A DNA stretch of 64,000 bases from Ferrovibrio sp. (GCF_965278975.1 NZ_OZ257126.1:3653113-3717112); one strand, 5' to 3'. Positions 9,943 to 18,050 are shown, counted from the stretch's first letter. Notes: generated from the letters alone by a model not told the origin. Translations and numbers: made by a program.

Positions 9943-10853
9943 TCAAGACCTTCGCCCGCTGGTACGATAGCGACCTGGCCTACAGCTTCCGCCGCTCGCC
10001 GGTGGTGGTGGTGGCCGCCATCGTCGCCGCCGTGATGATCCTGTCCGCCGTGTTCGCGCCGCTGGTGGCACCGTTCAATCCTTTCGATCCGGCCTCGCTG
10101 AAACTGATGGATGCGCAGACGCCGCCGGCCTGGGTGGAAGGCGGCATGGGCAAGTATCTGCTCGGCACCGACGACCAGGGCCGCGACCTGCTGTCCACCA
10201 TTCTCTACGGTAGCCGGGTATCGCTGTTCGTTGGCTTCGCCGCCATCGGCTTCGCGGCGGTATTCGGCACGTTGATCGGCGTGCTCTGCGGCTATCGCGG
10301 CGGCTGGCTTGATACCGTGGTGATGCGCGCCGCCGACGTGCAGCTTACCATTCCCAGTATCCTGATCGCGCTCACCATCGATGGCATCGGCCGCGCTGCC
10401 CTGCCGCGTGAACTGCACGGCGAGATCGCGCTGTTCGTGCTGGTGTTTGCCATCGGCGTGGCGGAATGGCCACATTTCGCCCGCGTCGCGCGCTCCGCTG
10501 CCATGGTCGAGCGCAACAAGGATTATGTCGCGGCGGCGAAAGTCATCGGCCGCGCGCCGTGGTCCATCGTCTGGCGCCATGTGCTGCCCAACACGCTCGG
10601 CCCGGTGCTGGTGCTGGCCACGGTGGGCCTGGCGCTGGCAATCCTCTCGGAAGCTACGCTCAGTTTCCTCGGCGTCGGTGTGCCGCCGACCCAGCCTTCG
10701 CTAGGTACGCTGATCCGCGTCGGCCAGAGCTTCCTGTTCTCCGGAGAATGGTGGACCGTGTTCTTCCCGGCGCTCACCCTGGTGCTGCTGGTGCTCGCTG
10801 TGAATGTGCTTGGCGACTGGCTGCGCGACGCGCTGAATCCGAAGCTGCAGTAG
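9939..10853 (+). CDS. Peptide ABC transporter permease (DppC/OppC-like)
   Basis: LGTDDQGRDL motif, DYVAAAKVIG loop, LSFLGVG motif; ATGA overlap with the preceding stop. Confidence 0.92.
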   Translation: MIKTFARWYDSDLAYSFRRSPVVVVAAIVAAVMILSAVFAPLVAPFNPFDPASLKLMDAQTPPAWVEGGMGKYLLGTDDQGRDLLSTILYGSRVSLFVGFAAIGFAAVFGTLIGVLCGYRGGWLDTVVMRAADVQLTIPSILIALTIDGIGRAALPRELHGEIALFVLVFAIGVAEWPHFARVARSAAMVERNKDYVAAAKVIGRAPWSIVWRHVLPNTLGPVLVLATVGLALAILSEATLSFLGVGVPPTQPSLGTLIRVGQSFLFSGEWWTVFFPALTLVLLVLAVNVLGDWLRDALNPKLQ

Positions 10854-10868
10854 AGCTCTCATTCTTTC

Positions 10869-10898
10869 CGTCATGCCCCGCCTTAGCGGGGTATGACG
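10869..10898. repeat. CGTC-tagged REP-like palindrome
   Basis: CGTCATGCCCCGC-CTTA-GCGGGGTATGACG between convergent genes; resembles the hairpin at 57709-57735. Confidence 0.6.
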
Positions 10899-10907
10899 AT
10901 TTATCTT

Positions 10908-11573
10908 CTACCGCAATGCCGCCTCGGCGCGGCCATGCCAGTAGCGGCTTTTGACCATATCGGCGGGAATCCCCGGTCGCCCCTTGGCGAACAGATCAGC
11001 CAGTTCATCCATGGCGGCGACATGGCCGGCCAGGGCGGCGCGTTCCAGCCAGCGTGCTTCCTGTTTCGGGTCGCGCCGCAGCCCGTCGCTGCCATCGCCA
11101 TAGGCATGAGCCAGGGTATAGGCTTCCCGGCGATCACCCAGGGCAGCCGCGCGCTGTGTTGCTTTGATGGCCTGATCGGGCCGTTTCATCATGCGGTAGC
11201 AGGTGGCGAGCAAGGCCCAGGACAGGCGATGATCCGGCGCCAGCTTCACTGCGGTTTCAGCTTCGCGCACGCCTTCATGGTATTCATTCACCAGCACCAG
11301 CAGGCTGGCATATTCATAATGCAGTCCGGCATCGCCGGGTGCCGCGCGCAGGGCTGCCTGATAGGCGCGGTGGCTTTCCAGGAAGCGGTCGGCGTGGAAA
11401 TAGGCATTGCCAAGGCGGCGCAGGATTTCCGGATCATCCGGCTTCTGTTCCAGCGCACGCTCGCAGGCACTGGCATCGCCAGTTGTTATGCCGGCCTCGC
11501 AGCGTTCCAGCCAGTCGGCGGCTTGCGCCGCCTGACTCAGCAACAGCAGGGCGAGGGCGGCGAGATATTTCAC
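10908..11573 (-). CDS. Exported TPR/Sel1-repeat protein
   Basis: Signal peptide, TPR-like helices, Sel1-like motifs (EARWLERAALAGHVAAM, KSRYWHGRA); GTG start overlaps the HIT stop. Confidence 0.8.
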   Translation of the reverse strand: MKYLAALALLLLSQAAQAADWLERCEAGITTGDASACERALEQKPDDPEILRRLGNAYFHADRFLESHRAYQAALRAAPGDAGLHYEYASLLVLVNEYHEGVREAETAVKLAPDHRLSWALLATCYRMMKRPDQAIKATQRAAALGDRREAYTLAHAYGDGSDGLRRDPKQEARWLERAALAGHVAAMDELADLFAKGRPGIPADMVKSRYWHGRAEAALR

Positions 11574-11986
11574 AGGAAGCCTTTGATCTTCGCTGCCATA
11601 TCGATGATCGCTTCGCGGTCGCCGGGCGTCAGGCTCCAGTTCAGCTTGCCATTGTCGCCCTTGTAGCGCGGCAGCACATGCACATGGTAATGCAGCACCG
11701 ATTGCGCCGCACCCGGGCCGTTGGATTGCACGATATTGAGGCCGTCCGGTGTGGTGGCTTCCTGCACCGCTGTGGCGATGCGCTTCGCCATCCTGGCCAC
11801 GGCACCGACGGTTTCCGCCGGCGTGCTGAACAGGTCCGGGTGATGCTCATGGGCGATCACCAGGGCATGGCCGGGCGCGAAGGGATTGATGTCCATGATG
11901 GCGAGGCAATGCTTGTCCTCGGCCAGCTTGATGCTCGGCAACTGCCCGGCGACGATCTTGCAGAAAACGCAATCGGCTCCGCTCAT
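11570..11986 (-). CDS. HIT family hydrolase
   Basis: N-terminal CVFC and histidine triad HYHVHVLP. Confidence 0.93.
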   Translation of the reverse strand: MSGADCVFCKIVAGQLPSIKLAEDKHCLAIMDINPFAPGHALVIAHEHHPDLFSTPAETVGAVARMAKRIATAVQEATTPDGLNIVQSNGPGAAQSVLHYHVHVLPRYKGDNGKLNWSLTPGDREAIIDMAAKIKGFL

Positions 11987-12035
11987 GTTTCCCTCTCCCA
12001 GTTTGGCATCAGTCTAAGGCCAAGCCGGCGGGGTT

Positions 12036-13199
12036 TCACTCACTTTCCGGTGTGACTTCGGTCTGGCGGAAGGGGGAATGTTCGTCCAGTGCCGCGATCA
12101 GGCCCTGCATATGGGCGCGCTCTTCATCCAGGAAATTTGCCACGGCACGGCGGAAGCCGGGATCGGGAATGTAGTGCAGCGAATGGATCGGGCTGGGCAG
12201 GTAGCCGCGCGCCAGCTTGTGTTCGCCCTGGGCGCCGGCCTCCACGCGCTTCAGCCCATGGCGGATGGCGTAGTCGATGGCCTGGTAATAGCAGCATTCG
12301 AAATGCAGGAAATTATGCTGCTCGATGCAGCCCCAGTTGCGGCCATAGAGCGTGTCGCTGCCCAGCATGTTCCAGGCCCCGGCAATCCAGTTGCCCGCGC
12401 GCTTTGCCAGCACCAGCACCACGCGTTCCGGCATCGCCCGGTGCAGGCGGCGGAAGAAATCGCGGTTCAGATAGGGCTGGCCCCATTTGCGGCTGCCGGT
12501 ATCCATGTAGAAATCGAAGAAGGCATCCCAGTGTTCGTCGCGCAATGCGTCGCCTGAGAATGCCTCGATTTCGATACCGTTGTTTACCGCCTCGCGCCGC
12601 TCGCGCTTGATCGCCTTGCGCTTGCGTGAGGCCAGCGCGGCGAGAAAGGCATCGAAATCGGCATAGCCGTCATTCTGCCAGTGGAATTGCTCACCTAGGC
12701 GATGCAGCAGGCCGGTGCTTTCGCCCCAGGCGTTCTCGGCTTCGGTGACGAAGTTGACATGCAGCGAGGAAAGCTGGTGCCGCTTCACGATTTCCAGCGC
12801 GCCTTGCAGCAATGCGGTGCGTACAGCCCCGGCATCATTGCCGGGCGCCACCAGGAAACGCGGCCCGGTCACCGGCGTGAACGGCACGGCGGACAAGAGT
12901 TTGGGATAATACTGCCCGCCGGCGCGTTCATAGGCATTGGCCCAGCCCTGGTCGAAGATGTATTCGCCCTGGCTGTGGCCCTTGAAATAGAGCGGCATGG
13001 CGCCGACCGGCTTGCCGTCCTCCTCGACGATCAGATGCGTCGGCTGCCAGCCCTGGCGTGGCGCGACGCAGCCGGATTGCTCAAGTGCGAGCAGGAAGCC
13101 ATGCAGCAGGAAGGGATTGTCCGCGCCGGCGCAGGCATCCCACTCCACCGCCGGAATATTGGCGATGCCGCCAATCGACCGGACAGTTAGGCCGCTCAC
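12036..13199 (-). CDS. GNAT-like N-acetyltransferase (DUF482/FemAB-like)
   Basis: HSQGEYIFDQGWA, PFTPVTG, LHFECCYYQAI and GAQGEHKLARGY motifs. Confidence 0.9.
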   Translation of the reverse strand: MSGLTVRSIGGIANIPAVEWDACAGADNPFLLHGFLLALEQSGCVAPRQGWQPTHLIVEEDGKPVGAMPLYFKGHSQGEYIFDQGWANAYERAGGQYYPKLLSAVPFTPVTGPRFLVAPGNDAGAVRTALLQGALEIVKRHQLSSLHVNFVTEAENAWGESTGLLHRLGEQFHWQNDGYADFDAFLAALASRKRKAIKRERREAVNNGIEIEAFSGDALRDEHWDAFFDFYMDTGSRKWGQPYLNRDFFRRLHRAMPERVVLVLAKRAGNWIAGAWNMLGSDTLYGRNWGCIEQHNFLHFECCYYQAIDYAIRHGLKRVEAGAQGEHKLARGYLPSPIHSLHYIPDPGFRRAVANFLDEERAHMQGLIAALDEHSPFRQTEVTPESE

Positions 13200-13945
13200 T
13201 TCGTGGACAGCTCCTCGAAGATGACGTTATCGGCATGGGCGGCGGCGCGGGCGCGCTGCTCCTTGCTGCGCACCGTCCAGCTGATCACCGGCAGGTTATG
13301 GGCACGGTAGCGCGCAGTGAGCGGCGAGGGCAGGTCGTTCACGTCATAGGCCAGGAACATCGGCTCGCCATGGAAGCGGTTCAGCATCCAGCGCAGGCCC
13401 AGCTTCTGATACCAGTTCAGGTTCTTGCCCATCTCGGCCAGGGCGCAGGCGATCTGGCCGCGCACGAATTGCGGCGCATGCTCGCGGAACCAGGCCACCG
13501 TGCGTGGGCTGAAGGATTGTACGGCAACAGGGCCGGGATAATGCCGCAGCATGTTGGCGACCGCCTGCTCCAGCGGACCGGCGGGATCGGCATTGTCCTT
13601 CTTGATCTCGACCAGCAGCGGCACGCGGCCCTGCACCAGGTCGAGCACGTCATGGAAGCTCGGCACCGTCTCGGTGGTGCCGAGGATGGTTTCGCGCTTC
13701 AGCGCCGCCAGCGTCATCTCGGAAACGCGGCCGGGCTTGCCGCAGAGCCGGTCCAGCACGGCATCATGGAACACCACGGCCTGGCCGTCTCCGGTGATGC
13801 GCACGTCCAGTTCGATGGCATAGCCGTTGTCGATGGCCTGCTGGAAGGCGAGGCGGGAATTCTCCGGCACGCCCTTGGCGATGTCATGCAGGCCGCGATG
13901 CGCCACCGGCGTTTTCAGCAGCCATTTCGGGGTGGCTTCGTTCAT
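13196..13945 (-). CDS. Glycerophosphodiester phosphodiesterase
   Basis: AHRG, ENS, ELDV, HD and EIK motifs; start may instead be GTG 13954. Confidence 0.9.
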   Translation of the reverse strand: MNEATPKWLLKTPVAHRGLHDIAKGVPENSRLAFQQAIDNGYAIELDVRITGDGQAVVFHDAVLDRLCGKPGRVSEMTLAALKRETILGTTETVPSFHDVLDLVQGRVPLLVEIKKDNADPAGPLEQAVANMLRHYPGPVAVQSFSPRTVAWFREHAPQFVRGQIACALAEMGKNLNWYQKLGLRWMLNRFHGEPMFLAYDVNDLPSPLTARYRAHNLPVISWTVRSKEQRARAAAHADNVIFEELSTK

Positions 13946-13954
13946 AACGCTCAC

Positions 13955-14425
13955 CTACTCGCGGATAAGGAACACGGCATCGGCTTCCACCGTGATATCG
14001 AAGGGCAGGGACGGCGCCGAGATCGCGGTGCGCGCCGGCCGGCCGGGTTCGCCGAACACTTCCTGCAGCAGGTCGGTGATGCCGTTGGCGACGACCTGCG
14101 CCTGCTGGAAATCCGGTGTCGAATTGACCAGGGCGAAAACCTTGAGGCAGCGTTCGATGCGGTCGAGGTCGCCTTCCACGGCCTGGCTCACCTGGGCCAG
14201 CAGGTTGAGCGCCGTCAGCCGCGCCGCCGCCACGCCATCGGCCATCGAGGCGGAGCCGCCGAGCTTGCCCTGGTGGCGTACGCTCTGGCCCCAGGTGGGG
14301 CCGACGCCGGCGACCCAGACCTCGTTGCCGGCCTTGGTCCAGCCGACATAATTCGCCACCGGCATATGCGCCGGTGGCAGCACCAGGCCCAGCTCCTTGA
14401 GGCGCGCGGCGATGCGGCCAGCCAA
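13955..14425 (-). CDS. Rid (YjgF/YER057c/UK114) family protein, paralogue 2
   Basis: Rid fold motifs (ANYV, NGITDLLQEVFG, PARTA); TTG start next to the upstream paralogue's stop. Confidence 0.85.
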   Translation of the reverse strand: MAGRIAARLKELGLVLPPAHMPVANYVGWTKAGNEVWVAGVGPTWGQSVRHQGKLGGSASMADGVAAARLTALNLLAQVSQAVEGDLDRIERCLKVFALVNSTPDFQQAQVVANGITDLLQEVFGEPGRPARTAISAPSLPFDITVEADAVFLIRE

Positions 14426-14428
14426 GGC

Positions 14429-14896
14429 TCAGGCCAGTTCGAAGATGGCGTCGATCTCGACCGACACGCCGCGCGGCAGCGACACCGCGCCGACCGCATA
14501 GCGGGCATGTTTGCCAGCCTCGCCGAATACCTGCACGAACAGGTCGGAAGCACCGTTGACCACCTGCGGCTGCTGGATGAAATCCGGTGTCGAGTTGACG
14601 AAGGCACCGACCTTGAGCACGCGCTTGATGCCATCCAGCGAACCGCCGGCCGCCGCGCGCGCCTGGGCGATCAGGTTGAGGCCGCAGAGCCGCGCCGCTT
14701 CCACGCCCTGTTCCACGCTCATATCGGCGCCAAGGCGGCCGAGATAGCGCAGTTCGCCATTCCAGATGGTGATCTGGCCGGCGACATAGAGCGTCTTGCC
14801 GCTGATGGTGTAGGGGACGTAGTTGGCTGCCGGGGTGGAGGGATTGGGCAGTTCAATGCCCAGCGCCTTGAGGCGCGCTTCATGGCTCTCGGTCAT
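14429..14896 (-). CDS. Rid (YjgF/YER057c/UK114) family protein, paralogue 1
   Basis: PAANYVPY, NGASDLFVQVFGEAGKHARYAVG and LP-GVSVEID motifs. Confidence 0.92.
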   Translation of the reverse strand: MTESHEARLKALGIELPNPSTPAANYVPYTISGKTLYVAGQITIWNGELRYLGRLGADMSVEQGVEAARLCGLNLIAQARAAAGGSLDGIKRVLKVGAFVNSTPDFIQQPQVVNGASDLFVQVFGEAGKHARYAVGAVSLPRGVSVEIDAIFELA

Positions 14897-14932
14897 GGGA
14901 GGATACCTTTGTGCTTACTGGAGCCGGTATTT

Positions 14933-15194
14933 GGGGCCGGACTCATTGGGAATAGGCCTGTGATTGGTCTGGGAGGGTCGCCGGTTAGGAGCAAATCGTA
15001 GCGCGTAGTGGGACTACGGGCAAGATTTGCGACGACACCCGGCGGCCCTCCCAGACCAACCCTTCGGGCGATGTGCTTTTCTTGCCTGGCGTTGTCGAAA
15101 ACCCTCACCGATGCACCACATCGCTTTCGGGTTCTCTCCTAGCCAGGCAAGAAAATCACAACGTCACGGGCCTATTCCCAATGAGTCCGGCCCC
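14933..15194 (+). ncRNA. Candidate structured non-coding RNA/element (unassigned)
   Basis: 31-bp stem 14933-14963/15164-15194 (one U.G) encloses a 21-bp stem 14964-14984/15039-15059 (one U.G), a C(UUCG)G mini-hairpin 15061-15068 and a 14-bp stem 15077-15090/15142-15155. Structure is directly seen; strand and RNA status are inferred. Confidence 0.55.
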
Positions 15195-15244
15195 TGGCCC
15201 CAAGCCGCCTTTAATCGCAACCGATGGCGGGTTTACTCACAGGG

Positions 15245-15988
15245 TCAGCTGATGGGGCGCGTGCGCCGCGTTTCCTTGTGCATGTACATGGCGCGGTCGG
15301 AGGCTTTCAGCAGGTTGGCTAGGCTGGCGCGGCCATCATAGCGCACCAGGCCGTAGGAGAGGCCGACGGCGAGGCGGCCCTGGCCCCAGAGCAGCGGCTC
15401 GTTGCGGATCGCGGCGCAGAGCGCGCGCAGCCGTGCCTCGGCTTCCGGCACGCTGTTATCGGGCAGCACCAGGGCGAATTCATCGCCATGCAGGCGGGCG
15501 GCGAAATCCTCACTGCCGGTGGCCTGGCGCAGATGGCGCGCGGCATGGCGCAGGGCGGCATCGCCGGCGGCATGGCCATGCCCGTCGTTGATGCCCTTCA
15601 GGCCGTCCAGGTCGAGGAAGCCGAGCACGCCGCCGCCATTCTGGCGGCGGGCGCGGACCAGTTCTTGGTCCATGTGGCGCTCGAATCCCCGGCGGTTGGC
15701 CAGGCCGGTGAGTTCATCGGTAAGGCTGACGCGCTCGAGATCCTCGATACGCTGCTGCTGGTCGGCAAGCTTCTGCTCGCTTTCCGCCGCAACATCGAGG
15801 ATCTGGTCGAGCAGCGCCAATCGGGCGGGGTCGCTGTCACGGCGCAGTTGCAGCCGCAGGCGCAGCACCAGGCTGGCGAAGCCGGGGCGCGCTGACTCAG
15901 GCAGCGCGGCACCGAAGGCCGGGGCTTGGTCGGCACGCCAGTCGGCGAGATTGACCGGCAGATCATTGGCTGGCAGGGCGAAGCTCAT
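15245..15988 (-). CDS. GGDEF-domain protein (HGDEF variant) with N-terminal coiled coil
   Basis: TDELTGLANRR, DLDGLKGINDGHGHAAGD and ARLHGDEF motifs; no RxxD I-site. Confidence 0.9.
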   Translation of the reverse strand: MSFALPANDLPVNLADWRADQAPAFGAALPESARPGFASLVLRLRLQLRRDSDPARLALLDQILDVAAESEQKLADQQQRIEDLERVSLTDELTGLANRRGFERHMDQELVRARRQNGGGVLGFLDLDGLKGINDGHGHAAGDAALRHAARHLRQATGSEDFAARLHGDEFALVLPDNSVPEAEARLRALCAAIRNEPLLWGQGRLAVGLSYGLVRYDGRASLANLLKASDRAMYMHKETRRTRPIS

Positions 15989-16024
15989 GACGAAACCCGT
16001 GTGACTTTGTTCCGGGTCTTACTT

Positions 16025-16040
16025 AGCAATGGCCGTGCCA
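16025..16040 (-). promoter_or_regulatory. Sigma54 (-24/-12) promoter for the GGDEF gene
   Basis: Minus strand reads TGGCAC-GGCCA-TTGCT, an exact TGGCAC-N5-TTGCW match 37 nt upstream of the ATG. Confidence 0.8.
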
Positions 16041-16082
16041 GAGTATTTTTATTGGAATTCCGGTAAAAATACTCCAGAATCC

Positions 16083-16099
16083 CTCGGCAAATATTGCCG
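16083..16099. promoter_or_regulatory. Enhancer-like dyad resembling an FlbD ftr element
   Basis: CTCGGCAAATATTGCCG with perfect CGGCAA/TTGCCG arms, centred about 78 nt upstream of the predicted sigma54 start site. Confidence 0.5.
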
Positions 16100-16113
16100 G
16101 TTAAATCGGTCCG

Positions 16114-17079
16114 CTAGATCGGACTGGGCGGAACCCTGCCGGCCAGCACCGCGTCGATATTGTCCAGGGCGGCGAAACCCATGGCATCGCGGGTTTCCTC
16201 GGTGGCGCTGCCGATATGCGGCAGCAGGAATACGTTGTCGAGCGCGGCATAGCCCGGATGCAGGTTCGGCTCGCCGGCAAACACGTCCAGCCCGGCGGCG
16301 CGGATATGGCCGGACTTGAGCGCCGCCAGCAGGGCTTCGTCATTCACCATGTCGCCGCGCGCGGTATTCACGAAGATGGCGCCGGGCGGCAGCAGGGCCA
16401 GGCGTTCGGCATCGAACAGGCCGCGCGTTTCCGGCGTCGAGGGCGCGTTGATCGAGAAGAACTCGGAAACCGTGAGCAGGCTTTCCAGCGTGTCGTGATA
16501 CACCGCGCCCAGCGCCTGTTCCGGCGGCAGTGGGCGGCGGTTGTGATAATGGATCTGCATGCCGAAGGCGCGGGCGCGTTGCGCCACCGCCTGGCCGATG
16601 CGGCCCATGCCATAGATACCGAGCCGCTTGCGGTTGGGATCGCGGCCCAGCAGCATCGTGGTATGCCAGCCGCGCCATTCGCCGTCGCGTACCAGCTTGT
16701 TGCCTTCATGCGCCCGGCGCGCGGCAGCCAGCAGCAGCAACAGGGCTGTGTCGGCGGTCGCCTCGGTCAGCACATCCGGCGTGTTGGTAACGATGATGCC
16801 GCGCGCCTTGGCTGCCGCCACGTCGATATGTTCATAGCCGACCGAGAAGGTGGCGATCACCTTCACGCTGGGCGGCAGGTTCGCCACCGCCTCGGCGGTC
16901 ACGCGGTCGCCGGCGCAGACCAGGATACCATCGGCGCCATGGCTGTTGGCCCGCTCGGCGATGCCTTCCGGGCCGAGCAACGTGTCTTGTGGGTTCGGCA
17001 GGGCGTCGTAATCGCGCCGCGCGCGGGCTTCGACATTGGGCGGCAGGCGGCGGGTTAGCAGCAGGCGGAAGCGGCTCAT
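16114..17079 (-). CDS. D-glycerate/2-hydroxyacid dehydrogenase (glyoxylate reductase-like)
   Basis: GIYGMGRIG nucleotide-binding motif; NTARG, GLDVF-GEP and LPHIGSA catalytic motifs. Confidence 0.93.
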   Translation of the reverse strand: MSRFRLLLTRRLPPNVEARARRDYDALPNPQDTLLGPEGIAERANSHGADGILVCAGDRVTAEAVANLPPSVKVIATFSVGYEHIDVAAAKARGIIVTNTPDVLTEATADTALLLLLAAARRAHEGNKLVRDGEWRGWHTTMLLGRDPNRKRLGIYGMGRIGQAVAQRARAFGMQIHYHNRRPLPPEQALGAVYHDTLESLLTVSEFFSINAPSTPETRGLFDAERLALLPPGAIFVNTARGDMVNDEALLAALKSGHIRAAGLDVFAGEPNLHPGYAALDNVFLLPHIGSATEETRDAMGFAALDNIDAVLAGRVPPSPI

Positions 17080-17201
17080 GTCACCAGACGGGTATGTTGT
17101 TGGGGATTAGCGTTATTTTTCCATAAGATGCGCGGTGGCATGTTGCGCCGCCGCAGCGCCCCTATATTGTGAAGAGCGGACGTGCCGTGAGCAAGGATTC
17201 G

Positions 17202-18038
17202 ATGAAGCGCCTTTTTGCCTGGTTTGCTATTTTGCTGTTGCTGCTGGCTGCCGGCCAGTCGCCCAGGCCGGTTCACGCCCAGGATCAGGCCGATCCCAAG
17301 GCGTTACAGGCCATCGGCAAGGGCCTGGTTTCGCACCGCGCCACCTATGGCCTTTCCATCGCCCGGCATGATCCACGCAATTACCGCTCCGGCATCGGCG
17401 GCGGCCTCAGCCTGGAATTCCTCAATAGCTGCGATGGCTATGTGCTGAACCAGCGTTTCGTGATCGAAACCCAGACCGAGGATGGTCAGGTGTTGAGCGA
17501 CATGACGCTGGGTTCCTTCGAAAGCCTGAACGGTCAGCGTTTCCGCTTCCGCCTGCGCGAGCAGTTGAATGGCGAGGATGAGGAGGAGCTGGTCGGCGAA
17601 GGCCAGCTCGGGGCTGGCGGCGGCCGCATCACCTTCTCGCAGCCCGAGGATACCACGCTGGACCTGCCTGCCGGCGCGATGTTCCCGACCGATCACACCA
17701 TCCGCCTGATCGAAGCCGGCCGTGCCGCGCGCAACCTGCTGCGCGCCGATGTGTTCGATGGCTCGGCGGCAGATGGCTTCGCCAGCATCGGCGGCTTCAT
17801 CGGTCGTACCTTGCCGCCGAGCACGGAAGGCCGCTTCGATGGTTTGAAGCAGCAGCGTTCCTGGCGCGTGCGGCTGGCCTATTTCTCCACGGCGAAGAAA
17901 AGCGACACGCCGGATTACGAAATCGCCTTCCGGCTGTATGAAAACGGCATCAGCGATGAAATCGTTTTCGATTATGGCGATTACGCCATCCGCGCCACGC
18001 TGCAATCGCTGGAAATCCTGCCCAGGGATCGCTGCTAG
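17202..18038 (+). CDS. eipB: Envelope integrity protein EipB (DUF1849)
   Basis: Signal peptide; HRATY, SCDGY, FPTDHT and YENGISD motifs; terminal Cys typical of EipB. Confidence 0.8.
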   Translation: MKRLFAWFAILLLLLAAGQSPRPVHAQDQADPKALQAIGKGLVSHRATYGLSIARHDPRNYRSGIGGGLSLEFLNSCDGYVLNQRFVIETQTEDGQVLSDMTLGSFESLNGQRFRFRLREQLNGEDEEELVGEGQLGAGGGRITFSQPEDTTLDLPAGAMFPTDHTIRLIEAGRAARNLLRADVFDGSAADGFASIGGFIGRTLPPSTEGRFDGLKQQRSWRVRLAYFSTAKKSDTPDYEIAFRLYENGISDEIVFDYGDYAIRATLQSLEILPRDRC

Positions 18039-18050
18039 CTGCGACTGCTC

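Noticed and set aside
14933-15194. Tn3-derived miniature element (TIME/MITE): GGGG-terminated inverted repeats and 262-bp length
   Set aside because: No 5-6 bp target duplication (left GTATTT, right TGGCCC); the repeat is 31 bp and lacks the Tn3 TAAG inner end; internal structure is far richer. Not fully excluded without a copy count.
14933-15194. Retron msr-msd, 6S RNA, tmRNA, RNase P or SRP RNA
   Set aside because: No RT gene nearby; not a single rod with a central bubble; no tRNA-like ends or tag frame; no GAGGAAAGUCC or SRP helix-8 motif.
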